From: Octopus sinensis
Taxonomy: Eukaryota
Direction of reading: 5' to 3'
Length of the DNA: 64,000 bases
Assembly (NCBI RefSeq): GCF_006345805.1
Contig: NC_043011.1
Coordinates: 26,982,464-27,046,463, forward strand
Of this stretch, positions 1-13,704 are shown piece by piece (position 1 is the first letter of the stretch; every line of letters begins with the position of its first letter). The notes below the pieces were generated by a model that was given only the letters and a program-made list of their open reading frames with translations, made no database searches and had not been told where the DNA came from. Position numbers and translations under genes: made by a program.

Positions 1-545
<545 letters not shown>

Positions 546-673
546 ATATTTATATGTAGTTATACATGTGTGTGTGTGTGTGTATTTGATATATGGAGAG
601 AGTGAGAGAGAAGAGGGGGAAGAAAATAAAAGAAATAAAAAGTTACATCTGTGAATTTACTTATCACTTCCAG

Positions 674-733
674 CCATTTTTGCTGCAACTTGGTGAGACT
701 GAAGTACTTGTGATGACACGAGACAAAAAGCAA
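674..733 (+). CDS. PTB/PID-domain protein, first exon visible in the window (60 nt, phase 0-0; PFLLQLGETEVLVMTRDKKQ)
   Basis: Acceptor ttacttatcacttccAG at 673, donor CAA|GTGAGT at 734. Open frame joins the next exon in phase 0 and resembles the PTB beta-strand before the 'xHxxxxISxC' motif. Confidence 0.85.
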
Positions 734-1289
734 GTGAGTAGTCATTTAATTATTTCTCAGTAGGCAACTTTTTACACTTTAGGCTGAATGCCTTGTCTAT
801 TACTCTTAATAAGACTATCATTTATGTTCTTGAATAATTCACTGGTCCAGTAGTAGGTGTGACAATGGAACAGGCCATTGGAAATTTTCTGGAAATCATT
901 CTTTTTTTTTGTTTTGCTTTGTATATTTTAGTTTCATGTTATAACTACATCAGCTAAGCTGTCATCTTTGCACTTTCATCATTGAGTGTTTCACCCAGAT
1001 CAATCCAGATCTGCCAAACCAGTGATCAAAGATTTTTTTTAACTGTGACAATCACATCTCTTCTTTTTCAGACATTGAGTGCAACATTATTCAGTGTCTC
1101 CATTTTTAGGATGATATGATCCTGATTTCATGGAAATGTGGCTGCTATTTCTAGCAGGTCGTCTACAGCATAGAAAATTACATTTTTAGATCATTGCTGT
1201 AACAGTTAATGTTGTATTGTTGTTTAACCTTGGGTCTGATTTTACCTAAAAGATTAAAGATTTAAGGTGCTCCAACCATGACCATTCAC

Positions 1290-2190
1290 AGCAAGATTTA
1301 AACTGAAGACCACATGATCATAAAGCAGACTCCAAATCCACACAGCCAAGCTTCATGATTGTCATCATCATGTAATTATTAATTCATCAAGTCAACAACG
1401 CGACCATCACTAAGATTTGTGGGCCATTACTATTGACTATTTACAACTGAGTTGACTGAACTGTTTGAGAGCTAAGGATCCTAAGGAGACATAAGCCAAA
1501 CTAGTATCAAAACACTCATCATCAACCTTTTCACTGGCTGCCTACTGTGGTGTATGCGGGAGATTTGAAATAAAGACACCTACCTTCTCTTCGTCGATGC
1601 GACCTCTCCGGCGGTAACGCACCCTTCCACGTGGCCCGACCCGAATGCTAAAAATAGCAGCTGCTTTTCCCTTACCTTGACAAAATGCTCACATGTCCAG
1701 CTCTGTCGGCTACCCCGATCGAAAAAGGCCCAATGCTCTGAATACATGTTATTCATTGTATCTAGGACTATATTCTCCTTTGTGTCCTTCTTTCATAATA
1801 ATTCTAATTGTGAGTTCAACTTCGTTGATTTGATGCATTCTGACTATAGTAAAGTTAACTTGTTTGAATTCAGAATGTAGAGAGAAAGCTAAAAAAAAAT
1901 AATAAATAATACATAACATGTATTCAGAGCCTTAATAGGCAAGTGGAAAGGGAAGTAAGCAGCCAGTGAAAAGTTTGATGATGGGTGTTTTGATACAAGC
2001 ATGGCTTATGTCTCCTTGGGATCCTTAGCTCAGTTGTAAATAGTTAGTAGTAACAGTTTACAAATCTTAGTGATGGTCACGTTGTTGACTTGATGAATTA
2101 ATAATTACATGATGATGATGATCATGAAGCCTGGCTGTGTGGATATGGAGGCTGCTTTATGATCATGTGGTTTTCAGTTCTAATCTTGCT
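1290..2190. repeat. Local inverted duplication; arms ~1290-1545 and ~1956-2190
   Basis: The reverse complement of 1956-2190 aligns to 1290-1545 (e.g. catgtaattattaattcatcaagtcaacaacg, ggagacataagcca, ttttcactggctgc) with scattered mismatches and one indel. Confidence 0.85.
1546..1740. mobile_element. Truncated copy of the LTR found intact at 15028-15310
   Basis: Starts TGTGGTGTATGCG like the intact copy and aligns to its first ~195 bp. Confidence 0.75.
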
Positions 2191-2342
2191 GAGTGACATC
2201 TTGGATAAGTATCTTCTGATCTAGCCTCAGATCAACCAATGCCTTGTGAGTGAAGTTAATTGACAAAACCTGGATAAAAGCTCATTATGTGTGTGTGCAT
2301 GCATACATCATGTGCGTGTGTGTGTGTGTGTGCGCGCGTGTG

Positions 2343-2398
<56 letters not shown>

Positions 2399-2683
2399 CA
2401 TACATATATACACGCATACATACATACATACATGTATATATAGGCGCAGGAGTAGCTATAGGCACAGGAGTGGCTGTGTGGTAAGTAGCTTGTTTAACAA
2501 CTATATGATTCTGGGTTCAGTCCCACTGCGTGGTACCTTGGGCAAGTGTTCTACTCTAGCCTCAGACTGACCAAAGCCTGGTGAGTGGATTTGGTAGATG
2601 GAAACTGAAAGAAGCCTTTCATACAAACATACATACATACATATATATATATATATATGTGAATGTATATGTATCTACATATA

Positions 2684-3600
2684 CAGAGTGCAGTGAATAA
2701 ATTGTCGTCTAAATTACACAAAAGTGAAAATAACATTCACATCTTATTTTAACATATATTTATTATAATTACATTAAAAATTATCTTGAAATACTAAAGA
2801 ATAAATTTGTTCAATAAAATCACAATTGGCTTCAACCACAGCCTCCAGATGACTTTGGAATCTCCAGCAACTCTTCTGGATGGTCTCCTTGTTTAAGTTG
2901 GCTAATGCTGCCATAATCCTTGCTTTGGTCTCTTGCACAGATGTACCCCACACATAATAATCATGGGAGTTGCAGTATGAGGAATTAAGTGGCCAGATGT
3001 TATGAGTGATGTGGGTGCAGAAATTGTCTGACAGCCATGACTGGGTTCTCCTGCTTGTGTGGCATGGTGCAGAGTCCTGTTGCCAGATATAGGGTCTTCC
3101 AACAGCCATCCTCTTGACCCAGGACAGCTCTACCTCCTCCAGGTACTTGATGTAGGCCACCATGTTGAGTCTGAAGCCGAGTGGGAAGATGAATGGAGGC
3201 ATAACATCACCATCACTAGTGATCACTCCGAATACCATGATGTTGACTGGATGTTTGATTTTTCTCCCTCTCAGTACATGTTTTGGGAACACTGCAAGCC
3301 AACGGTTGTTCTGTGTGTTCACCATTTAATCCTGGTAGAAATTTTTCTCATCTGAGAAAAACCAAAGCATATTTGGTTAGAGCAGATGCTTGAGTTTGTT
3401 CAAAAACTTCATAGTGTTGTCTTTCCTTTTGTCCTTGGCTTGGGATAAAGATTGGTCCTTTCTCATCTTGTATGTGGAGTACCGAATGCCTTCATGCACT
3501 ACCTGCCTGATAAGAAACTCAGACACTCCCATGTCCCTGGTGATGGACCTGATTGACTTGGAGGGATTGTTGTCCAGATCTCACCAACAAATTAAGGCTT
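2684..3600 (-). mobile_element. Decayed DD37D (maT-type) Tc1/mariner-superfamily transposon
   Basis: Minus-strand frame WFFSDEK...QQDSAPCH...WPLNS..CNSHDYYVW has 37 residues between the second and third Asp. In-frame stops upstream. Terminus TA-CAGAGTG at 2682-2690. Confidence 0.85.
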
Positions 3601-6600
3601 TTTTTTTTCTGTGCTTTGAAATCAATTGGATTAAAAAGGCATTACTTAAAAAATTAGATAAAGGTTAGTGACAGGAAAGGTATACAGCTTTAAAAGAGTT
3701 CAATATCTTTCTAACTAATCCATGGTAGCATGGAGAATAGGTGTAAAACTAATGAACTAATTGTAGTGCCAAGTTCAACTCCTTCTCTGAGGAAAATTTA
3801 CCTAAGATAGGCTACTGCTCTTTCTTGAGGAAGATTTATTTTTCCTCTACATAGCACTATTAAAATTGAAGATGAGCATCTCTCCCTATAGATTAATACA
3901 ATTTAGAATGAATTGGGTCTTTTTTTCCTTTTGAAATTTGATATTTATTTAGTTCAGGATTCTATCATTTCTTCCTAATTTCTTGTTATGAAATACTGAT
4001 TTTTTTTTTCATATAGACACAAGTTTTATGATTAACTATCGGAAATGATGGGGAGATGAGATAATGTGACATTCATGTTTCACAAGAACATTAATGACAT
4101 CACGTATCACTGCATGAATCAGACTATTAGATATTGTTAGACATTGCTGGTCAAAATACTTCTATTTCTTTCTTGAATGTGCCTTTTTTTTCTGTCTAGG
4201 CCAATATCAATTAACTAAATCATCTTCTCTTAATTCTCTTCATGATGGAAACCATTTGAGTGGCCTTTTCCAATCTTTTGGATATAATTTACCAACTGCA
4301 TGGGCCACCTGTTGTCTTTTTTTATTAAAAAAATTATTATTTTTACTTATGTCACTAATTCAAAGTTCGTTTTCCTAAGCAGTCTGGTGTATTGAAATAC
4401 AAACACCAAGCTGCTCTGGGATTTGAACTATGGGTAAAAAAAAAGAAGCTACAACTGTATATTGTTAAAAGTAGTCGGTAAACCATGTTGTATTTTATGG
4501 TATCATAGAGACTACAGACATAAGAAATATTGATTGGCACTTCATGACTAGACACAAGACTAATTTTAGAAAGTTGAGGGAGTACAAATGATTTGACAAA
4601 GGTAATAGTTTAGAAAAGTCATTAGAGTTTTGGACAGACTGAGTATCTTTGTAGTTCCAAGTTCAACTCCTTCTCTGGGGATAATGTCTACCTAACATGG
4701 ACAACTGCTTTATCCAAAGAAAGATTTATTTTTTCCTCCATATAAAACTATGAAAATTGAAGATAAGCATCAGTTCCTATAGATTATTGATTTAAAATGA
4801 ATTAATTTTTTTGTCTTTTTTATAAATTTAGTATTTAGTACTAGTAGGACCTGTGGATATTTCACGGAAGTAATGGTAAACCTATTGGGTTATTCTGAAA
4901 ACTTTATCCAAAAAACCTGAAAGTGTAGCCTGTGTTGTGTCTGTAAGGAAAGATAGTTGTTCATCATTGAAAAGTGAAAAAAATTGGAATATGATGAATA
5001 CTTAATGCACTTTATATATACTTTTTATATACTTTATGCACAATTTTATAAACTCAATACACAACTCTCATAAAATAAATATTCACTCTTATTTTTCTAT
5101 TTCCCCCATAAACATAAAAAAAATATCCCATACATATGATACAACCTTTAGTTAAATTGCATGCATCTGCCATGTAAATAAGCATGAATATTCCACTGCC
5201 ACCACCACCACCACCACCTCCTCCTCCTCCTCCTTCTCTCTCTCTTTCTACCTTTCTTTAACCTTACCATCAGAACATCACCCTTCTGCTAAAGTTATAT
5301 TTTTAACTCTCCTTTATATCATCACTATCTTCAACTAACTTTTTAAGCCATGTAATAAATATTATGTTCCCCCTGCCTCACATCATGGATGCTTTTCTCT
5401 CCCTCTTTTTCTCTCTCTCTGTCTTTTTCTCTCTCCCGCTTTTTCTTTCTCCCTCTTTCTGTCTGCCTTTGCATTATCCTCTTTTTCTCTCTCCTTTTTC
5501 TTTCTCCTCTCTCTCCCTTCAACTAATCATGTAAAAGCATTACAATTGCATTCCCTCTCCCTCATGTCATGGACTCTTCTCTTTCCCTCTCTCTCTCTCC
5601 TTTTCTTTTAATTATGTGAAAGTGTTACTGATGGGCTAAGTAACATAATAACAAGCAGAATTATTGTGAGATTTATTTAGTTCAAAATCTTTGATAAAAT
5701 ACCAGTTCCTTGCTGTGAAGTATCAGAATTGTTAAAGCATTGGAATAGATGTTTTGTGATATCTGTTCTAATTGTGTTCTGAGCTTAGTTTCTGCCTTCT
5801 ATCACTGGTCTGTTTGCAATATAAACAAATGGAATCTTAGGGATCTGGCTAACAATGCTTGGCCTTCAATGTTTGATAGAATGATATGTCATTTGAAGCA
5901 GTGTTTTGGCGGGGAGGAAACTGTTTTTAGGAGATAAATCTGATTAAATTGTAGATAAAGCATCAAATTTGCTTTTTAAAAGGTTCGCTTTAATTTTAGA
6001 CAAACCTCTTATTACTTAAATATATTGTAACAGCCTTTAAAAATTAAATTATCAATCTCATCTCCTGGCACCACTTGCCTGTTTTCCATGAACATTTCTA
6101 TACAGCAAGTTGGTTGTTACAGTTCTATCAAGTAAAGGTGAGGGCTATAACCACTAATGATGAAACTTAATTAAGCAGAAGCATTTAGGGTTGTCTCCCT
6201 TGCATTCTCAGCCAAAGAACAATGTTAGGTATGAATCCTTTTTCCTAACCACATCATTTAGCACATCCATAATTATTCCTGGTGTGGTATATATTAGGAA
6301 TAATCAAATGATTTTTATAGTAGACACTTCTTAAGTTACTAAATTATGGTTGTTATGTGTCATGCACAACTACTTAAGTTATTAAACTGTAGTTAATAAA
6401 TATCACAAAAACCCACTCTAAAAAAAATAGGTGAAAGAAAGAAAGTAATAGACTATCTGCAAAACTTCTTGACTACAAAAATATCATTGTGTGAATCAGG
6501 ATTTCTTTGTTATAATTTAATTCCTATGGTGATTGGTTTAATCTTTTTTTTTCCTAATCAAAATTTGCAAAAGTTATTTTTTGTTTCTCAAAATGTCTGA

Positions 6601-6777
6601 TATAAGTTGTTGTTTACGAGACAATTTTCTGAACTATTGACTACATTTTTATAGTGTATACTCAAAATGTTTAAAATTACATTGTATTTCAAGTAGTTGT
6701 TATCAGGTTTCTTATTACTGGATGGGTATTTAGTTCTGTCTGCTCTTTGATAGGTATTTTTTTTTTCTGTTTTTAAC

Positions 6778-7070
6778 GGGCTCACAATCATGAGGTAGTG
6801 AGATTGATTCCCAGACCAGGCTGTGTGTTGTGTTCTTGAGCAAGACACTTTATATCACATTGCTCCCGTTCACTCAGCTGTAGAAATGAGTTGCAACATC
6901 ACTGGTGTCAAGCTGTATTTGGACTTTGCCAACATCGGTGTTGTGGAGAGGGGAGGCTGGTATGTATGGGCAACTGCTGGTTTTCCATAAACAATTTTGC
7001 CTGGACTTGCACCTTAGAGAGCAACTTCCTAGGTGCAATCCCCATGTCATTCATGACCAAAGGGGAGTCT
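6778..7070 (+). mobile_element. tRNA-derived SINE, family B (other copies ~11275-11600 -, ~38660-38880 +, ~41330-41470 + partial, ~50995-51320 +)
   Basis: Shared body ttgagcaagacactttat..cagctgtagaaatgagttgcaac..ctttctaggtgcaatcccatg..catgaccaaaggg; tRNA-like head in the 50995 copy. Confidence 0.75.
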
Positions 7071-7076
7071 TTACCA

Positions 7077-7307
7077 TGTGAGGTGGGTGCTGAAAGGTTC
7101 CTGGTTTCAGGTAAAACAAAACATAGGAAACACAGGAGAATCAGTTAATTATGATTTTATTCAGTATATTCCTCTCTCAGATTCATACACTTATTGCAGT
7201 GGTCCTTCAGTTTTTCTAAGCCCTGTAAAAGAACTTGGAAGGTTGGGCTTCCAACCAGGCCTTTCATGATACTCTTAAAGCCAGGAACTTTCCAGCAACC
7301 CCTTGTA
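7077..7307. mobile_element. Mariner-derived MITE (~230 bp)
   Basis: Imperfect ~30-bp TIRs gaggtgggtgctgaaaggttcctggttt / aaagccaggaactttccagcaaccccttgta, ending in TA and resembling mariner termini. Confidence 0.7.
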
Positions 7308-8383
7308 TTTTCCAGCATACAAGTCAACATAGTATATAATGTAAACGTGTCATGTAAACATTCAATTGTTGTCACTATCTTTCCAAATCATGCCACATTT
7401 CATATGGAATTTTTGGTTCTTTAATCTTGTCCTTGTGTATAAGTAAAGCTACCTTTTTTTGGTTGTAAATTTTGATCTAAAAAATTTAACTTGCATGCTA
7501 GAAAATACAGCATAGTAGTGGAAATGATTGGTGTTCTGGGCCTTTGAATCATCTTCCTATTCAGACTGGTTTGGATCAGGATTTTCATCTGCAAGAATGA
7601 ACCCCAACAAGGTGGAGTGACTTTTTCAGTGTATCTCCTTTGCCAGTCTTTAGAGTAACATATTTGCCATTTTTGTTAGTTGCAGCTATAAAACATTTGC
7701 ATGACTTGCTGTAAAATAGTTCTCAATGAATTCAATGTTTCTCCTTAGAAAAAACATGACAGTATAAAAATTAAGACCCAAACAGTGGCAAATAAAATTA
7801 TAACAATAGCAAACTAAATCAAGAACTAAGAACCTTTCTTTCTAAGCAAATGTTGGAAAAGTATAGGAAATTACTATTCTTGATTTAAAATAAAATTATC
7901 TGGTTTGAATCCATTCTAGAACCAAATGCCATTCAAGAATAAGACATCTGTGTTGAGATTGATTGAAACAAAGTGTAGGTGCAAATATTGTAAACAGGCA
8001 CAAGTGTGGCTGTGTGGTTAAGATACTTGCTTCCCAATGATTTGGTCTTGGGTTCAGTTCCACAGCATTGTGCCTAGGGAAGATGCTTTCTGCTATGACT
8101 CTGATCCGAGCAGAGCCTTGCGAATGGATTTGATTGGCGGAAACTGAAAGAAACCCATTGTGTGTGTGTGTGTGTGTGTATACATATATGCCATCCACTC
8201 AAGAGAACACAGTGAATGATCCACAAGCTCTCAAGCAAACTGAGTCCTCAACTTGTTCCATTTGCTAAGGTTTTCAAGGCACCAGCAAGCCTCAAGAGAC
8301 ACTATCGTGTCCATAGAACATAGTTAATGCTTTATTTTACTGAACCCTCATTTGTTGTTCATGACAAGAGAAGCCATTATCAT

Positions 8384-8670
8384 CATCATCATCATCATTT
8401 AACGTCCGTTCTCCATGCTAGCATGGGTTGGATGGTTCGACCGGGGATCTGGGAAGCCAGAAGTCTGCACCAGGCTCCAGTCTTATCTGGCAATGTTTCT
8501 ACAGCTGGATGCCCTTCCTAACGCCAACCACTCCGTGAGTGTAGTGGGTGCTTTTTACGTGCCACCTGCACAGGTGCCAGGCGAGGCTGGCAACGGCCAC
8601 GGTCGGATTGGTGTATTTTATGTGCCACCGGCACGGAAGCCAGTCGAGGCGGTGCTGGCATCGGCCACAT
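8384..8670 (-). mobile_element. (ATG)n-tailed SINE-like element with RTE-like 3' end (other copies ~9070-9320 -, ~14340-14770 +, ~33310-33595 +, ~34610-34830 -, ~57090-57390 -)
   Basis: Shared ggatgcccttcctaacgccaaccactccgtgagtgtagtgggtgctttttacgtgccacc core and (CAT)n tract. Confidence 0.8.
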
Positions 8671-9735
8671 ATATATTATATGTATGTGTGTTTGTGTGTA
8701 CACTTCTCTAGATGTCATATGATGATTGTAAATGAGCATCATTGTCATGCAATGAGATTATTCCTTTCCAGTCATGTGAAAAATATGCACAGTTATGGGA
8801 AAATATTACCTTGATTTGACTCAGGTGAAGGTTGGCAACGAGAAGGACATCCAGCCATAGAAAATCTGCCTCAGTAAAGTCCACCCAACCCATACTAGCA
8901 TGGTAAAGTGGACATTAAAACAACAATTAGGATACACTCTAATGTGTTTGGAAATTGTAATCTTATACTTGTTTTCTCCATTTTTATCGCTTCCTATTTC
9001 CTTCCTCCAACTGAATGTTGGAATCCTGTCTATTGGAATCATCTCCTGGTTTCTTTAGCTTGGGCCATCATCATCATCATCATCATCATTTAATGTGTGT
9101 TTTCCACACCGGCATGGTTTGGACAGTTTGATGGGAACTGGCAAGGCCAGGGTCTGCACCAGGCTCCATAGTCTGTTTCGGCATGGTTTCTAAGGTTGGA
9201 TACCCTTCCTAATGCCAACTACTCCACAGAGTGTAGTAGGTGCTTTTTATGTGGCACCAGCGCCAGTGCTTCTTACATGGTACCAGCACCAGTGCTGTTT
9301 ATGTGGCACCATCACCCACACCAATGCTTTGGTTTTAGGATCTCAGTTCCTCTGGGATGGGTGGGTCTTCTTGAGTACAGCTATGCACCACATATCTCAG
9401 TCCTCTGTCATCCCCTTCATAAGGTTCAGTATTTTGAGATCAGCCATTTTTCCTGAGTCTCCTTCTTCCACAACTTCCTTCCACTTTGAGTGATCAACAC
9501 TTCTTTACGCAACTTTGATAAAGTTTATATGAAACTTGCTTTTTCATTTACACTTTTTTTATTTATTATTGTTGTTGCTGTTGTTTTGTATAATCAGACA
9601 GTGTATATTGTCACTTGACCTGCTAGAAATAGCAGCTAAATATCAAACATTTTCCAACTATGACCATTTCATCTTTTGAACAGTATCATGAATATAATAC
9701 TTTGCTATTCAGTGCTGTAAAGCATTGTTTGAGAA

Positions 9736-10262
9736 GACCTTTGACCATAAAGTGTTCTGGCCATGACCAACCCATCTTTTAATGCAGCATCAAGCATATA
9801 ATATTTTGCTACCCAATGCTCAAGAGCATTGATTGATAAAACCATTTTGATCAAAATGGTCCCAGCCATGACCATCCCATCATACAGCATCATGCAGCTT
9901 TACTTTTATTTTCAAAGACCTTTGACCATAAAATGCTCTGGCCATGACTAACCCATCTTTTAATGCAGCATCAAGCATCTAATATTTTGCTACCCAATGC
10001 TCAAAAGCATTGATTGAGAAAATCCTTTTGGTCAAAATGGTCCCAGCCATGACCATCACATCATACAGCATCATGCAGCTTTACTTTTATTTTCAAAGAC
10101 CTTTGACCATAAAATGCTCTGGCCATGACCAACGCATCTTTTAATGCAGCATCAAGCACATAATATTTTGCTACCCAATGCTCAAAAGCATTGATTGAGA
10201 AAACCATTTTGATCAAACTGGTCCCAGCCATGACCATCCCATCATACAGCATCATGCAGCTT
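9736..10262. repeat. Minisatellite, ~181-bp unit, ~2.9 copies
   Basis: gacctttgaccataaa recurs at 9736, 9917 and 10098; units are highly similar. Confidence 0.92.
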
Positions 10263-10539
10263 TTCCTGCATTTTCCTTTTAGAAAGCCGTGAGGCGGGGT
10301 GAATGAAGGAAAACTTGGCTGCTATTTCATGCACGTCAGTTGACCACCACCAACCACCAATGTTCCCTCACTGGCTCATAGTTGGAATCGTAGCTGTTGT
10401 TGAATGTTGTGGAATTGAAGGATTTTAACTTCCATTTTGGATTTGTTGAATATTCTTTCTTTTTATGGTGTTTCAAGGTTAAATGTTATTTTTACTGTTT
10501 GTAAACAAAGAATCAGACCTTTTGGCTACTTATCTATCT

Positions 10540-11225
10540 TGGTGTTGTTTATCAATGTGTGTCTGTATCCAAGGAGGAGGTTTTGTATTTCTGTGTGTGG
10601 ATGTGTTTGTGTGAGTTTGTGCCTGTTGGTTTGTGTATTTGTGTGTGTGTATGTGGGTGTGTTTGTGTGTATGATTGTATGTGTGTGTAGCTTTTGTGTT
10701 TGTGGTAGTTGTGTGTGGAGTGTATGTATTTGTGGTGTGTGTTGTGTCGTGTACATGTTTGTGTGTGTGTGTGTGTAGTTTTTGTAGTTGTAGGGGTAAT
10801 GTTGTATATTTGTGTGCAGTTTTGTGTGTGTGTGTGTGAGTGTGTGTGTGCAGAGTTTATATCCATTGTTAGTGTTTGTGGCATGTGTATGGAATTTTTG
10901 TGTGCTTGTGTGTGTTTGTGTAAGTTTTTGTATTAATAGTGGTACGAGGGTGCGTTTATGTGTGTGTGTGTGTGCAGTTTTTGTATTTGTGGTGTGTGTG
11001 TTTTGGGAATGTCTGTGTTTGTGGTGTATGTGTATTTGTGATGTGTGTTTTTGTATTTGTAGTAGCAGTAGTTGTACGAGTGGTGATGTGTTTGTGTGTG
11101 GAGTTTTTATGTTTGTGTAGTTTGTGTGTGCATGTGTTTGTGTGTGTAGTTTGCAGTGTGTGTGTGTATATGTGCAATTGACATGTTGTAGTATGTGTGT
11201 AATTTGTGTGCTTGTGATGTGTATG
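10540..11225. repeat. Degenerate (TG)-rich low-complexity tract
   Basis: Imperfect tttgtgtgtg motifs; the source of the Thr/His-rich spurious ORFs, including the 280-aa one. Confidence 0.9.
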
Positions 11226-12289
11226 TCTGTTTTAAATTTGAACGTGTTTTGCAAGTTGTTGCTGAGACCCCCTTCGGTCATGACTGACCATGGGATTGCA
11301 CCTAGAAAGTTACCCTCCCAGGCACAAGTCTGGGTAAGGTTGTTTATGGAAGACCAGCAAACTCCCATGTATACCGGTCTCCCCTCTCCACGCCACCAGT
11401 GTTATCCAAGAGAAAGACAACAGCCGATACAGCTTGGCACCTGTGATGTCGCAACTCATTTCAACAGCTGAGTGAACTGGAGCAATGTGAAATAAAGTGT
11501 CTTTCTCAAGAACACAACATGCAGCCCGGTCCAGGATTCGAACTTATAACCTCACGATCGTAAGCTTGATGCTCTAACCACTGAGCCATGTGCCTTTGCA
11601 AGTTGTATGTCTGATATAATTTGTATTCTTTTACTTGTTTTAGTCATTTGACTTTGGCCATGCTGAGGCACCGTCTTAAAGGGTATTTAGTTGAACAGGT
11701 TGACTCCCAGCATTTAATTTTTTAAGCCTAGTACTTATTCTGTCGGTCATTTTTGCTGAACCATTACATTACGGAGATGTAAACACACCAACATTGAGTG
11801 TCAAGTGGTGATGGGGGTACAAACACAAAGACACACACACACATACGATGGGCTTCTTTCAGTCTCCATCTACCAAATCCAGTGATAAGGCTTTAATCAG
11901 CCTGAGGCTATAGTAGAAGACAGTTGTCCAAGATGTCATGCAGTGGGGCTGAACCCTCGACCATGTGGTTTGGAAGCAAGCTTTTTAGCACACAGCCACG
12001 CCTACACCTAAACGTGTTTTGTTTTTGTTTATCGGTATAGTGGTTTCAAATTTTGGCAGCAATTTTGGTGGAAGGGAGACAGTCAATTATATTGACCCCA
12101 GTATTCAACTGGTACTTGTTTTATCGACCCTGAAAGGATAAAGGGCAAAGTTGACCTCAGCAGAATTTGAACTGAGGATGTAAAGATGGACTAAATGCTG
12201 CTAAGTATTTTCTCCAGCATGCTAACAGTACTGCAAGCTCACTGCCTTCAATTTGTTTGTGTATATCAGTGCATATGTATATGTTATTT

Positions 12290-12598
12290 TTATTTATGCA
12301 CCCTTTTCAAGCCTAGCCAGGCTCATGGGCCTGGTTTCCTGGTTTCTGTGGCGTATATGTTTCCCCCCAGCTGGATGGGATGCTAGTCCATCACAGCGTT
12401 ACTCAAGAAACAGGAAGAGAGTGAGAGAAAGTTGGGGCGAAAGAGTACAGCAGAGGTCACCACCACCCTTGGTCGGAGCCTCGTGGAGCTTTAGATGTTT
12501 TCACTCAATAAACACACACAATGCCTGGTCTGGGAATCGAAACCGCGATCCTCCGACTGCGAGTTCACTGCTTTAACCACTGGGCCATTGCGCCTCCA
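12290..12598 (-). mobile_element. tRNA-derived SINE, family C (other copies ~47798-48086 +, ~53975-54285 -; 3' fragment ~30966-31087)
   Basis: Reverse complement starts ggaggcgcaatggcccagtggtt (A box) ... ggtttcgattccc (B box); the body is shared among copies. Confidence 0.8.
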
Positions 12599-13704
12599 CG
12601 CATATGTATATGTGCTGTATGTTAATATGTATCTATGTTGTGAATACATGTATGTAGATATGAGTGTTTGTAGATGTGTGAGTTGTTTAAAATTTCTACT
12701 AAACTCAGGTCTATTTTGTTTTCTTCCAACCACAAATGTTAATCTGAAAATTTTCAAGAAATCTAATTTTATGTAGTTTTGCAAGCTGATGACAAATATC
12801 TCAGTTATTATTTTTGAAAGCTTAATATAATAAAGAAGTTAGAAGCATTTGAATTTATGTATTTTTAGCCAATGAAGTTCAAGTCAGTGTCCTCACTGCT
12901 GAAATCAAAACTGTTTGTCATGGCAACTTTAGTGTATCATTGTTTATTCATACTGCTGTGGGTGAAAGAATCGACAGCTACTAGGTTTTGTAAGGAGGAA
13001 TTAGGGATTGGTATCACTACTGGAGTAGACTATAGAGATTATTTACTGGAGATCTGCACAAGAGATTTATTGCAATCCAATTAGAGTCTTGATGGTGGTC
13101 CTGACAAAATTCTTGAAATAGACCAGTGATTCCCAGACATTTTTGGACTGCTGCCCCCTTGGTGCCATGGCCAAATTCCTAGTCCCCCCCACCCCACAAA
13201 AAACAAAGATTTTTTTCTGCTGCAAATTCAAAATAATTGTGTTTCACAAATAAAACCTAGTTAAACCATTATTTTGCTGTTTCTACAATATGAAAGACTA
13301 AATTTACATCTCACCAGTAATTACCTTGTTTTTATATTTTTAATATTAAGGGTCTACTTTATGCAGGGATATCAGCTTCTTGGCATCAGGATGAAAGATA
13401 CTAAGAAGTAGTCTTACATTCCCAAGTTCAGTAATTTTCAGACTGTTTCTTTGCTTAGGAAGAAGCTGGGTAATTACACTGAAGCCCTGCTCTACAAAAT
13501 ATGATATTGGGAAGGCAGGCAATCTTGACTTTGTTCCACAGTGCTGGGCAGCAATAAGAATTGTCCTTTTGCAATCAAAAATCCTGACATGATTTTTTTG
13601 CACATATCATTTTAAAATTAAACCAGTTCTTCCTCCACCCCTCATGTTTCCTCATTACCAATATCTAGGAATCCCCAAGACCGGTATTTTAAGTGAAAAT
13701 AAAT

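Noticed and set aside
10526-11368. Longest ORF in the track (280 aa, Thr/His-rich)
   Set aside because: It is the translation of a degenerate (CA)n tract joined to a SINE; there is no protein-like composition.
12540-12598. tRNA-like A/B boxes (also ~47800 and ~50995)
   Set aside because: These are SINE heads continuing into SINE bodies; there is no complete cloverleaf.
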